From assembly GCA_964252035.1 (NCBI GenBank), contig OZ176210.1: a stretch of DNA of 64,000 nucleotides. One strand, 5' to 3'. The notes below the pieces were generated by a model. That model had not been told where the DNA came from. It did not search any database and saw nothing but the letters and a program-made list of their open reading frames with translations. Within the stretch, counting starts at the first letter, position 1. The number at the start of each line of letters is the position of its first letter. The position numbers were made by a program, and so were the translations under genes. Below are positions 50,662-64,000 of this stretch, one piece after another. Origin of the DNA: Podarcis erhardii (taxonomy: Eukaryota).

Positions 50662-52368
50662 TCATTACAAGATTAAGGCTGCATTGAGCTTCAGGCTCAT
50701 ACGCTGTGCCCCTCCTCCTCCATACACAGCAGGGGGAGGTTGAAAGCTCCTGTCTTTGAAGGGAGTGCAGTTCCTTGTGGCAATTGTTGTTTGCAAAGTT
50801 TAAACAAAACTAGTTCCCTTCAGTTCAGCTATCACACAGATCTGTGGGCAGTTCAAAGGCAAAAGCTTTTGATCCCCTCCTCTTGCATGCGAAGGAGGAG
50901 AACATGTGAGCTCAAAGCTTGTTATCGTAAGGACAAACTGTGGTTTGGTGTTATGTCTCAACAAGGTCATAGGCAAAATGGCCTTGCTTGTCGCACTAAA
51001 CCATAGTTAATGGTTTGCTGTGAATGCAGAACTTGATCCTGCTTTGCTCCTTCCCTAGTGCAAGCAACAAGCCACGATCCCTGGCTTAATCATTATATCC
51101 AAGCCAGGGATCATAGTTTGTTTCACTCAAACAAGAACAAACCCTAGCTATGGCTTATGGTGTGGTGCAAACTCAGCCTTTGAGGGCAGGGAGGAGCCTG
51201 TTTCTCCTAATTAAGAAAACTAGAACTTAAATAAGAATTTCTCCATGCTTTGGACTTTTAGCATCTGTGTTTCAAAATTAAGTTTTAAAAATGGTGGGGG
51301 GGGGGACATTTTTTCTCCTGATATGACTTTCCTCACCTTTATGTTTTTAGTGGGAAAATGGGACATTCTAGTAATGGTTTGGTATCTGCCAATTTAGCAG
51401 ACAGCCATTTAACTATCTGCAAACTAGTGAACATCATTTTAGAAGCTATTCTGGTGACAGCAGTTTCTCTTGCAAAGAAAAAACCTCTGCCTAACATAAT
51501 GCAAAGAAGTGAATATGAAGCAAACCTACACATAATGGTTAGAAAAGGTTACAATATCTTTAAAAAGAAATAGTTGCCCTAAGCTGATAAGTTATTTCTC
51601 TTCCTACTACAGACCTATTATTAGAAGGGTCTACACTGTAATTTACTTGAATGAAAATAGCTGGCTTTTTTTTTTTTTCATGAATTCCCTATCACGATGA
51701 TTCAGAGCAGCCTCAGCCTTTCAAAGGTCAAAGAAGTACTGAAGGACAGTTGGAAAAGGAATGTCAACAAGCAGAATTCTGTGTGAACATGTGCATCTGT
51801 GGGATTTTATCTTCAACATCATCATTGGGAATGGCGCTCTGAATCAGGACGGCCCTCTGAAGAATTAGTATCACTACTACTGCTTCACAGTTAAATGGTG
51901 CCCTCCGGCTTCTACAGATGCTGGCATCACTCAGTTTTACGTGGTTCCACGGATTCTACAGCCATTTTCCTGCTTCTACTTGTGCAAAAGGCTCCACCAG
52001 ATTTTGCACAAGAAGGCTGTCTTTAGATTTTTTTCCACCTTTTATTGCATAACTTTATAGCCTGAGGTGCAAAACCTTGAGCAGAAGACGCCATTCATGT
52101 ATGCAAGCACAGCTTTGCAGCCTAGTTTACAAAGCGTCTGGTGGTATTCCTCTCTCTTGATAACAATCATAAGCAGAATAATTTATGTGTAATAGTTTTT
52201 AAAACTACAAAACATATCATACAAAATGAAAGCGAAATTATGCAAGTCTTGATTAATTTGCACCATGTGTATACGTTTTCATAATGCTTGCTTCTCTTGG
52301 TGCAGAATCCAATTCATATGATTTTTAATTTTCAGTTTTTGAAAAAATTAAGTTCTTGAAATGCAGAG

Positions 52369-52622
52369 TATAGTCGTACCTTGGTTGTCAAACAGAATCC
52401 ATTCCGGAAGTCCATTTGACTTCCAAAAACATTCGACAACAAGGCACAGCTTCCGATTGGCTGCAGGAGCTTCCTGCACTTAATCGGAAGCTGCACAAGC
52501 GCCACCGGATGTTCGGCTTCCAAAGAACGTTCGCAAACCGGAACACTCACTTCCGGGTTTGCGGTGTTTGGAAGCCAAAACATTCGAGTCGCAAGGCATT
52601 CGGGATCCAAGGTGTGACTGTA
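52369..52622. mobile_element. Tc1/mariner-type MITE, family D
   Basis: TA|TAGTCGTACCTTGG...CCAAGGTGTGACTG|TA. Confidence 0.85.
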
Positions 52623-53054
52623 CTCTGCCCCAAGCATGCAATGGACATATTTGAGAGTTGTAGCATACTTTGTTCATATTACAGGCTGTGTTACTGTCTC
52701 AAGTTGCCTTAGCTCTAATAGAAAATTTTGTGGGTCAAACAGAAGAGTCTCTCTTTGGTAGACCAGATGGGTCCCATTTCCACCCTGCTCTTAGTGTGTG
52801 TCACAGTTGTATTCCCAAAGGGCTTCCTTTGAGATATATAAACTCACAGCCACCCCAAGGAGTAAATTCAACACTCCCTTGGGACAGGCCTAACGCCCTA
52901 GAACTGAAAGCAAAAAGGAGACTATCAGCTATTTTAATGCTGTGACACACCTCATTTAATTCCAATTTTCTATCCAGGAGTGCCCAAGGATGGCTGGTAA
53001 TGAAACAGACAAAAGAACTGGACTGACCATGCAGCAGCATAGCTCTAACATGAA

Positions 53055-53264
53055 CAAAACAAAATAAAAAAATTCCTTCCAGTAGCACCTTAAAGACCAA
53101 CTGAGTTAGTTCTAGGTATGAGCTTTCGTGTGCATGCACACTTCTTCAGATACACACGAAAGCTCATACCTAGAACTAACTCAGTTGGTCTTTAAGGTGC
53201 TACTGGAAGGAATTTTTTTATTTTGTTTTGACCATGGCAGACCAACACGGCTACCTATCTGTAA
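53055..53264 (-). mobile_element. Penelope-like element terminal remnant, inverted duplication (ZSWIM6 intron 10)
   Basis: 78 bp perfect arms at 53055-53132 and 53153-53230; 13 bp TSD ctctaacatgaac at 53043-53055 and 53265-53277. Confidence 0.85.
53116..53153 (-). ncRNA. minimal type I hammerhead ribozyme motif, sense to ZSWIM6 pre-mRNA
   Basis: Minus strand GTATCTGAAGAAGTGTGCATGCACACGAAAGCTCATAC, identical to 26582-26619. Confidence 0.75.
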
Positions 53265-54256
53265 CTCTAACATGAACGTTATCCTCTCCTTACCCCACCC
53301 TCACCAGCTCTGAGAGAACAGGAAGGGTTGCCCATTAAGCAGCCCTGAAAGACAGACTAAACTGATTAGAGCCCTGGGATTTACTACCAACAATGATAAA
53401 CACAACTGAGTACTTCAGAGAGGTTTCCACAGAATGCACAGAGCTGCAAGGAGGAAACTTTGCCATTGTTTTCCAAGTCAGTCTGTGTTTGCAAGACAGC
53501 TGCTCATACTTGAAAAGGTGAAGAGCTACCAAGGCAATTCGCCCCAGTGCTATTTATTACAACATCAAGAAGCCCAGGACTGAGGCTTTTGGTGTCAAGC
53601 ACAGCAGATATCTTTTTTTAGAAAGATGAAAATCAGGGTTATCTCTTGAATTTTTACTGCTGGGAATTTCATTTTTGGAGCAGGGGAGAGGATTAAAGCA
53701 ACTGAACTGCTTGTATCAGAAGGTTAAAAAACAGAAGTTAGAGAACATTTTCAAGTAACTCATGCTATGCAATGTGTGAGTTAATTGGGTGCTAACCAGT
53801 GTTCAAACCCACCTGTTCCTTAAATCAGTCTTGCGGTTCTTGTTCATTCACTCACTCATTAGATTTCCCATCCTATAGCCAAACAGGTCTCCAGGGTTAC
53901 TCAAAAACTAGATCTAAGACAAGTGCAGAAACACTTGCATTGAAAGTATAGGCTTCAACAACCTACTACAAACACAGAGATAAATCAAACACATTGTCTA
54001 CATCCTCTATCAGGATTGCTATCCTTAAAGGAGGAAGTTGTTTGCCAGCCTTCTTAAAAGTCAAAGGAGCTTACCTGGTGAGCCCCTTTAGAGATGGGAG
54101 TTCCACAACACAGGGTGCCACTACAGAAAAGGCATTGCTCCTTGTCACCATCCTTTTTACCCGCGAAAAGTTCAGGTGTGTGGAGCAAGGCCTTCCCTCA
54201 TGACTTTATGGATGAAGGGAGCTCATACCGTTGACCGGGTTTATGCTTCTTTTCTA

Positions 54257-54514
<258 letters not shown>

Positions 54515-55114
54515 CTAGAAATATTGTAATAATCCTTGCCAAAAATAAAAGCACTCACAGTGAAGAGAAATAAGCTCTCTGGTGAGGGGTCCTCTAAGAA
54601 ATGTGCAGTACTAAAAGAAAATGGTGGTGATAAATATATCTTATTGAAGCAAATAAGGTGGCCTGGCTATAGCTTTCCTTCTTGGATTCAAAGAGCCCAG
54701 AACACTTCATTTGTTCACTTTTCATTCATTGGTATAGAAGCTATTCCATGTTTTCTTTAACGTTAAGCTGACTTGTTATGAAAATTGCTCCTGCAGTTTA
54801 AAGTGGCAAAAATGCGGGGAGTTAGCTGACTAAGAAGCATTTCTGCCATGCACGTCAAGCCAAGGTATCTGAATCACCACCCTCGCTACCCTTGGATGTA
54901 GTCAAATGATGCAACATAGGTGAGCTTGGACATAAGTGTCTAAGCAGGGAGAGGACAGGAGTGTGCTCATGTGCTCACACATTTGCATGTGGTGGGCGGG
55001 TGCATGTAACATCACAAAAGGTTTCTGACCTTTCCTCAGACCCTATGTTATTTGCTACTGAGGTACGTGGGCTGTAGCACTGGGGCGAGTGGCTGCACCT
55101 CTTGCTACAAGTGG

Positions 55115-55275
55115 GGAGGCAGCCATAGTTCAATGGCAAAGCACAAACTCTGCATGAAAAAGGTCCCAGGTTTAATTTGAGAAACTCTGGGAAACCTTGG
55201 GAGAGCAGCTGCCAAGTCAGTGTACTTAGCTGGACAGGCCATTTGCCTGATTCAGTAGAAGGCAGCTTCCTATAC
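55115..55275 (+). mobile_element. old tRNA-derived SINE (similar copy at about 57050-57235)
   Basis: ccatagttcaatggcaaagca...ggtcccaggtt head and ...tagaaggcagcttcctat tail. Confidence 0.65.
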
Positions 55276-56492
55276 TTTAAAAGGGCAGCAGAGGTTGTCA
55301 GCTTAAGAACTACATTCTATGAAAACACTGAAGTGTAGAGAATTGGAAGCACCCGCTCAAATCAAGCTGAAACTAGATGAATCCATCCTTTAAGGCAACA
55401 CCCCCCAACCAAAAAAAAAAGTGACAAAAGGCTCCAAAGTAATGCTGAAAAAAATGCTTTTAAAAAGGCACGCACTTGTTCTTTAAAGATTCCCTAATGC
55501 TAATATAGAACATCATTTTGACGCTAACAGAAAACCCGTAATGTTTTATCTCATTTTTCCAGAAGGGCCAGATTGAACACACTTCTAAAGAAAACAATGA
55601 CATCTACAACTTTCACTACTTATCACTGCTTTTAAACAGACCCACCCACCCACAAATCCCACAGTGCCCATAGTGCCAGCTTCTTCTTCTTACATTCTTT
55701 AGCTGCTAATTACATTAAGATTACAACCACCAAATAGGAACTTCACTTGTCATGAGCATGGACCTTGGCTGAAACTGCACTGCTAAGAAAGATGTTCTGG
55801 GCATCATGATTGGCCTCTGCCAATCCAGCAAGAGACCAGCCCTATTCTCTTGCTCTGTCTAAGCAATGGAAAACTCTTGTGCTTTGGATTATCGTGTGCA
55901 TGTCTTGTAAGCAATACACTTTCTCTAAAGGATGATAAAAACACATCACTGTATTTCTTTCCCTTGTGTTTTAATGATTTACAGTGTGACACTGGCAAGA
56001 AAACGTCTTTGCTGCAAAGTTTCAGGCACAAGTATCAGAGTGTGATTTCTGACGTAGGACAAAAATCATACTTTTACATGCGAAGCTACTTTCGGTCCCC
56101 ACCAAGCTCACAGTATGAAATTCCTCATAAGCAATCTAAATTGGGCCAGTGGAATGAGTGTCTAGGGCAAGTTTAATTGCACACATTTACAATGTCTCGC
56201 TAGAAAGTGGTGGTGTCATTATGAACTTCAGTTTCCTTACATGCTAGCCTAAACTAACGGGGGGGGGGGAGATACTTTTATTTCAGATAATACATAAACA
56301 AGACCCTTCCACTTCCACATCAATGCGATGTTTAAGTATAGTATGGGGGTGGTGTTGGGTGTCTGATGGAAGATCTATAAGCAACCATTAGATTCCTAAG
56401 AACCTGATAATTACCAGATAAGCCAACTCCCATAGGAGTACCTGGTCTTTTTATTAGAAACTGCTGAAAGAAGTGGTTAACATCAATAGTCA

Positions 56493-56777
<285 letters not shown>

Positions 56778-57399
56778 TCAAGTCACTCAATAGTTTACTT
56801 GTGGTTACACGCCTTATTTGTGCCTGTCCTCCTGCATCGTTTGCAAGCCTCCCGCAAACTTTCACAAAGGCAGCCACCCTCACAAGGTAGCCTTGGGCAT
56901 GCCACTCTCTTAGCCTGAGTACCCCCCTATCTACAATATGGCCAATAGCACTGACTACCTCATAGGGTTGTGCACACATGTCAAGTACACTTGAAAACAC
57001 TAAGCAAAAGTATTGTAAATAATGTAAATAATGCCAATACTACTAGCAGTAATAAGGCACTTGCTTTGCAGGCAGAATGTCCAAAGTTCAAGCTCTGGCA
57101 TCTCCAATTTTAAAGGATCAGTTTTAAAGGAAAAGACCTTTCTCCTGGGAGCTGATGCCAGTCAGGGTAAACAGTAGGCTAGATAGGCCAATGGTCTGCC
57201 TTGGTAGAAGGCAGCTTCATATATTCTGACAGTATCTGCACACATGCAAACTACATCCCTCCCTCGTAAGCACTGTCAACACCCCTATTCAGCAAATGTT
57301 TAAGTTATGCTGTTTTGCAAGCATGGTTGCAAATAATAGGTCTAAAGCAAAGTTAAAACCACAGCATGCTTAAAAATACATCAAGTTGACCCATGATCA

Positions 57400-57603
<204 letters not shown>

Positions 57604-59135
57604 TTAGTAAGCAAAACAGCTTGCATTTCCCCCCTTATCATCCTGATTTTTCAGACATGGAAGCTGTAGCTAGCAACAGCATATGCACCATCAGTGACCA
57701 CAGATAAACTGGATTTTGAACCCAAATACTGTTTTTCATTCAGGGAGATGCATCAATGCCAACTGCAGAAGAATACTGACTGAACACAGCTTTGCTTAAC
57801 ACAGAATACCATTTTGTTCTGCCCCCCCCCCTTACCAATAAACAGAAATACAGAGCCAGTTCTACTGTGCATCAATTAGAACAAAGCAATTTCTCACTGC
57901 CAATCATAGCAAGCCATAGATCACAACTGACTACCCTACTGTCTGTGCAAGACTCCTTGATTATAAGCTATACAAACTCTCTTTAGAGTCACTGCTGAAG
58001 GATTTATAAACAGGAAGCACACTTGTGGTATGCACAGAAGAGATATCTATTTTAGTTTCCTTGCTGGGAAAAACAAGGAGCACTATTTTAACTAAGCTAA
58101 TCCTGTGGAACTGGGAAAAACAACAACCCAGGCATGTGTCACATGACAACTCTTAAAAGATCTACCTTTCAAGTCAGCTAGATCTGCCTTATTTGCAAAA
58201 TGTAAAAGGTAAACAGATCCCCTGTCGACAGGGTCCACTGTCAGGGGCACCTATCCTGAGGCCCACAGGCTGGTTAGTAGAGGGCTTACTGCCAAGTAGA
58301 GATGCTGGGCAAAGAAGAAGCCTAAAACTACTGTTCTCTGTAGAGCTGAAAGGCACATGTGTCATCAGGATGCAGGAGATCCTTCAGGTGCCCTGTCCAT
58401 CAGACAGAGAGGCCTTCATACACTCCTTTTTTCCGTTCTAACACTATGCAGCTTCTGAAGAACCTGCAACCTCCCATTTCCCAGTAAGGAAGGGTGAACA
58501 ACTCCAGCGCCTGTATTTGGCCTCAGAGAGATGAGTTATGAGTGGAAGCAAGAGGAGGGTGTCTAGAATAATAGAAGGGAGCCCTGCAAATAAGTTGTCC
58601 AGTGCAGGCAGCTCCTGTGTAATCCTTGCGCAAAACCCTATTTGTGTATACTTTGTCATGTTCTCCAGCTACTACCAGGTAAACACAATTTACTACAGTC
58701 ACGGAACTACAGATATATAAGCAGTTAAGACACACACCCAAATTCCTTTCCAATGACTTCACTACCCCAGTGGAATGAAATCCGGATTGCAATTGTACGT
58801 ATACTTTCCCCACCCATGTACACTTCCTTTGCAGTTTGGGGCAAATCAAACACTAACTTTTGCAAATGAAATTGACTGAAAGGTTACTTGGACACATGCC
58901 AAATACTACTGTCCGTGTCAGGAGTTCAAGGTAATTTCAATGTTTCAGGAAAAAACAAAAGGCAACTTCAGAGAAATCCCCCCCTCCCCCCCAAAAAACA
59001 CATTTTCATTTTTCCTGGGCCTTCATAGTGTTAGGAGCTGGGGGGAGTTGCTGTATGCCTGAACCCCCTTCTAATTCCTGGATTCAGCAACCAAGCAACA
59101 GTTTGATGTCTGACAGCAACCCTTATTTCTATGAA

Positions 59136-59359
59136 TACAGTGGAACCTCAGGTTGTGAACGTGATCTGTGTGGGAGGCACGTTCGCAACCCACAGCGTTT
59201 GCAACCCACAGCGCCACTTCTGCGCATGCGCAGGTCGTGATTTGGTGTTCTGCGCATGTGCGAGCGCCGAAACCCAGAAGTAACCCGTTCTGGTACTTCC
59301 GGGTTCAGTGCGGTGCGCAACCCGAAATCACATAACCTGTAACCCAAGGTACCACTGTA
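59136..59359 (-). mobile_element. Tc1/mariner-type MITE, related to family B
   Basis: TA TSD; CAGTGGAACCT / AGGTACCACTG; TGCGCATGCGCA. Confidence 0.87.
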
Positions 59360-59663
59360 ATGACTAGACCCATCCAACACTGCACTAGTTAACTGAACGC
59401 ATCTTTTTCACACATTTACAAAGCAGCCATCCCAGATTTATCGCCAGGCTTACATGCAAACTGATGCTCTTCCCATTCTAGAGCCAGTGCAGAGAGAGTC
59501 CAAGGTTGGGAGTAGAAAATAGTATGGTCCAAATTATTCTGCCACTTTAGAGACCATCTTGGTTGCTTGCTTTACAAACATATTTCTACAACATTCCTTG
59601 CTTTGAATTTAGGTATTCAAAAGATGTGGCGTCGGTGGGAGTAGGAAGAACCTAAGAGTGCTA

Positions 59664-60047
<384 letters not shown>

Positions 60048-60262
60048 TTATTAAAGAGCACATCCGCGTCTGCAGCAACCCCCATCCCGGGGGAGCATTC
60101 AGAAGGGGTTTTTGTTGTTGTTAAAGAATCTAAAAAAACAGTACTTTAAAAAGGGAAGGGAATAAAAGACCATTTGAAGGGAAGCTCTGTTGCTATTGCC
60201 AGACCTTTCATCCCTCTCCCCGTCCCCCCAAAACAGTGCCATAGAAATGGAACAAAGCATCA

Positions 60263-60535
<273 letters not shown>

Positions 60536-61799
60536 TCACACCCCACTCTCTCCTCCTCCAATACAATCAATACATGCTTCCTAACAAGCAGAATTTCAGG
60601 TTTACCCTACACAAGCTATTTCTTTTTCAAAACAAGCACACGGGATTCTATTAAAGTTAATACGCACCGGACGGGGCCAAAACTCATCCTGTCCTAAAAC
60701 TGTAGATGTACACAAAGTATATTGAACATTTGGGCATGTGCAGAAACAATTACAGAAATGCCTAAGAAATTCCTGGGTCGTTTGTCAATATGTACACCAT
60801 GGAAATACAGCTTTGAATTGACAGAAATGAGGCTTAGATACACTGCTTTCTATTGTATGTTGCAAAATTAAACAGTGGATTCAACAGAACCACTTTGAGC
60901 CATAAAAATGGAGAAAAAACTGCATTATGCTTCCAAGCAGAAGAAGAGACACTTGAACCCTTGGCTGCATAGTGTGTGTGTATTGCAACCGATATAATAA
61001 AAATTGCTCTCATACTTTTACATATATATGTTCACTAAGAAAAAAATATTACATTGGTTGTGTGTATAGAACATATGCAGGGTTCTACAATAATTCTAAT
61101 GAGACACAGGCACAGAAATAAGGGTGTGTGCATGTGTCCCATTTTATTAATGCATTTAATTTCCATGCAAACACACAAACAGATTAGCAAAAAGCAAACA
61201 ATGGTATCAACTGTAATTCCACATGGGATCAGCTGATCAGAAACAGAGTTCCATACAGTTGTGTAACATGCTGCGGCCCCTGCCAATGTTTTAGAAAAGA
61301 CATCCTTGTGTAATGCCTTTTGGGGGGGGGGTCACACAAGAGGTAGAGTCAGCAAGGTAGATGAAACTCTGTATGAAAGACCTGAGGAGCAACATGTTAT
61401 AGCAAGTTACTTCTTGTTATAGCAAGAGCACTGAATGCTCTCATGTAATATGGCCCTTGGAGGTATTGGGTTGTCAGGAGACACACACTGCTGTGCTACT
61501 ACAACCCCACCGCAAGTGCAATCTTACCCAATGCATCTCCAAGCATTGTGTTCATGCTGAATGAGAAGCTAATTTATTTTAAATAAAAATAAATTATGCC
61601 AGCAGCAAAGATTGCAGCAGAGCAAATCTCTCCCAGAAGCACTCACAAAACTAGGAAGATGCTCTCGCATGTGGTAATGGAGAGCAACAGATGCAAGCAG
61701 TCAACAAGTTATGTGTCAACACATAGCTCTAATGGAAGACACTGAAATGAGAACTTGCACTTAAAGAGTATAGGTCCATACAGAAGAAACAAAAGAGAT

Positions 61800-62655
61800 T
61801 TGGATTGGAACCGCTCTCCTTCCCTGGGGGGCGGTGTTGTGGGAGGGCATCTGGGACCTCCCAGTGACCCAGTAGAAGGGCGGAGGGATGCCGCTTGGGT
61901 CATGGGGACTCCCAGCCGCGTCTCGGCACATCCGGGGGCATGGCCACTTGCTGTTTAAACTCTGGCACGGCCATGGGGTGTCCTTTCGCCTCCTCACTGG
62001 ATCAGCTATTTTTGCGCTTTTGGTGTTTCAGAGACTTCCTGAGCTGGAGTGTTCCAGTTGGTGAGATCGTTGCATTTGGGGAGTTGGACAGTTAAGTTTG
62101 GGGATGATTTGGCGAGGTGTATGTGCTTGAGCGCTGCCCTTTCCTGCAACATGTCAGCATCGTGAGTCTACAAATGTGGGTGACGCAAAGGAAATATTCA
62201 AATTTAGGCTATCTAAGCCCTTCACATTATCTAGGAAAAAGCTGTACTTTGCTCCTAGATCCCTCTCACCTTCAAGAACCTTTTTGACAGCAGCTACAGC
62301 GCAGCTTGAGAAGGATAGAATATTTACGGGAGGTGAAAGATGCCACAAACCTTTTGCTGGGAGACTGTTTGGCTGAATGAATATTCCATGATTCACCTCT
62401 CCCTAGGTGATGTCACCTACCCTAGTGGAGACAAATGAGTGTGGTAGGGTCAGCTACCTGGGAGGTGAGAGCTGGGAGGACACACCCTTTTCTGTATGTG
62501 ACAGAAGTTTAAAATATATCTGTGAGAGAGGATTCTGTACTTATCTCTTCTACCTTTTCTCTGTTCTTTTATTCCTTTTCTTTTTCTTATTTTGTGTGAT
62601 TCATTTGTCTTTTATTGTGAAAACTGTTAATAAAGCTTTATCAAAATAAAAATAA
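61800..62655 (+). mobile_element. putative non-autonomous retroposon (GC-rich 5' part, L1-like 3' UTR, AATAAA and A-rich tail)
   Basis: Pyrimidine-rich UTR followed by aataaagctttatcaaaataaaaataaa; no TSD found, so the 5' boundary is uncertain. Confidence 0.45.
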
Positions 62656-62850
62656 ACATGCAGCCCGTAATTGCCCAACTCTAGCACAGAGCCTGTAGAC
62701 TTGTTTTTCCCACCAGCAGTGGCACCACAATCCTCAGCCACGAATATGAACAAAACAATGGACTAAGGTTGCTGCTAGACAAACGAGCATGATGGTCTAG
62801 GCAGAGAGTCTAAATTGCATTTCATGTGTCTCAGAGAGTAAATTAAGTCA

Positions 62851-63072
<222 letters not shown>

Positions 63073-63511
63073 TTACCTTAAATTTTAGGGAAAGCATAGC
63101 AAGCTTTATATGGATGCCAAAGGTACGCTGCAAAACCACATTAGCCAATCTGCCACCTCAGTGTCACAAGCACACGCACGATGCTGTTCCAGTCTCTTAA
63201 AGGCAACATGACAAAAATAATTGTATGAAAACTAACAACAAACTCACATTGAAATGCCAATTTTTTGGGGGGGAGGGAGACACAAAACAGCAATCTCTCT
63301 CTCAAGACTTGCTGAAAAGCAAGTCAACTTCCCACATAAAATTTAAAATGTATATATTCGGGAAGTGTGACAATACTAAGTTTCCAACCTACACAAATAT
63401 CAACTTAAACCTGTTCATTTATATTCATTAACAAAAATTAAACACTGCTTACTCAACAGAAGACCTCTAAGTAATTCATCAAGAACAATCTGAAATATTA
63501 TTTATTTATTC

Positions 63512-63515
<4 letters not shown>

Positions 63516-63553
<38 letters not shown>
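63516..63553. repeat. (CA)n microsatellite
   Basis: seen directly. Confidence 0.95.
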
Positions 63554-63554
<1 letters not shown>

Positions 63555-63859
63555 AACTAATAAATAAATAAAAACAAGTTAACACAATACTTTAAATACA
63601 AATAAAATCTGAAATTTTCAAACAATTATTCAAAATAAAAGTACATGTGAAAACTGAGTGCCTGGGTAGACTCGCTGAAACAATTTAATCTATATGCTAA
63701 TGCAAATCCAAATCTTCTGCTGCTCGCACTTACATAGCCAAAACTACACCACCCAGAAAGAAGTTATTAGCAGACATGAGGTAACCCTAAAGTTCACACA
63801 AGTACAAAATAAATCTTTAGAAAAAATTCTAAAGGAGATAAACCTCGAAACCAGCCTAA

Positions 63860-64000
63860 TAAAATAAAATAAAATAAAATAATGTTATTATTTCTGCCCC
63901 ATACACTCTGGGCAACTTCCAACAAATATAAAAGCATAATAAAACATCAAACATGAAAGATTTCCCTATACTGGGCTGCCTTCAGGTGTCTTCTAAAAGT
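63860..64000 (-). mobile_element. L2 3' end running off the window
   Basis: (AAAAT)n tail, actctgggcaacttccaa, cttccctatac...gggctgccttcaggtgtcttctaaaagt. Confidence 0.8.

Overview
Vertebrate genomic DNA, most likely from a lacertid lizard. The taxon is inferred from the repeat repertoire: Sauria SINE, Bov-B, CR1, L2, L1, Tc1/mariner and hAT MITEs. The only host gene is ZSWIM6 on the minus strand. Nine coding exons (equivalent to human exons 6-14) span 60474 down to the stop at 41671; all have GT-AG splice sites and their phases join into one open frame. The 3' UTR runs toward about 39650 and is interrupted by two assembly gaps. The 5' exons lie beyond the right edge of the window. Bases 1 to about 39500 are gene-free and rich in transposons, including a 5'-truncated, decayed L1 (about 28560-31440). 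Best second-look items: (1) two Penelope-type insertions, each a perfect 78-83 bp fold-back carrying a minimal hammerhead ribozyme motif, one of them in sense orientation inside a ZSWIM6 intron; (2) a 1.15 kb non-autonomous L1-mobilised retroposon with a 17 bp target-site duplication (TSD) and a palindromic TALE-homeodomain site at its 5' end; (3) two different tRNA heads (Ile and Lys) fused to the same CR1 tail; (4) MITEs carrying NRF1 and ETS motifs; (5) an orphan perfect 29 bp hairpin. I found no evidence for a novel protein-coding system. All alignments and folds were done by eye.
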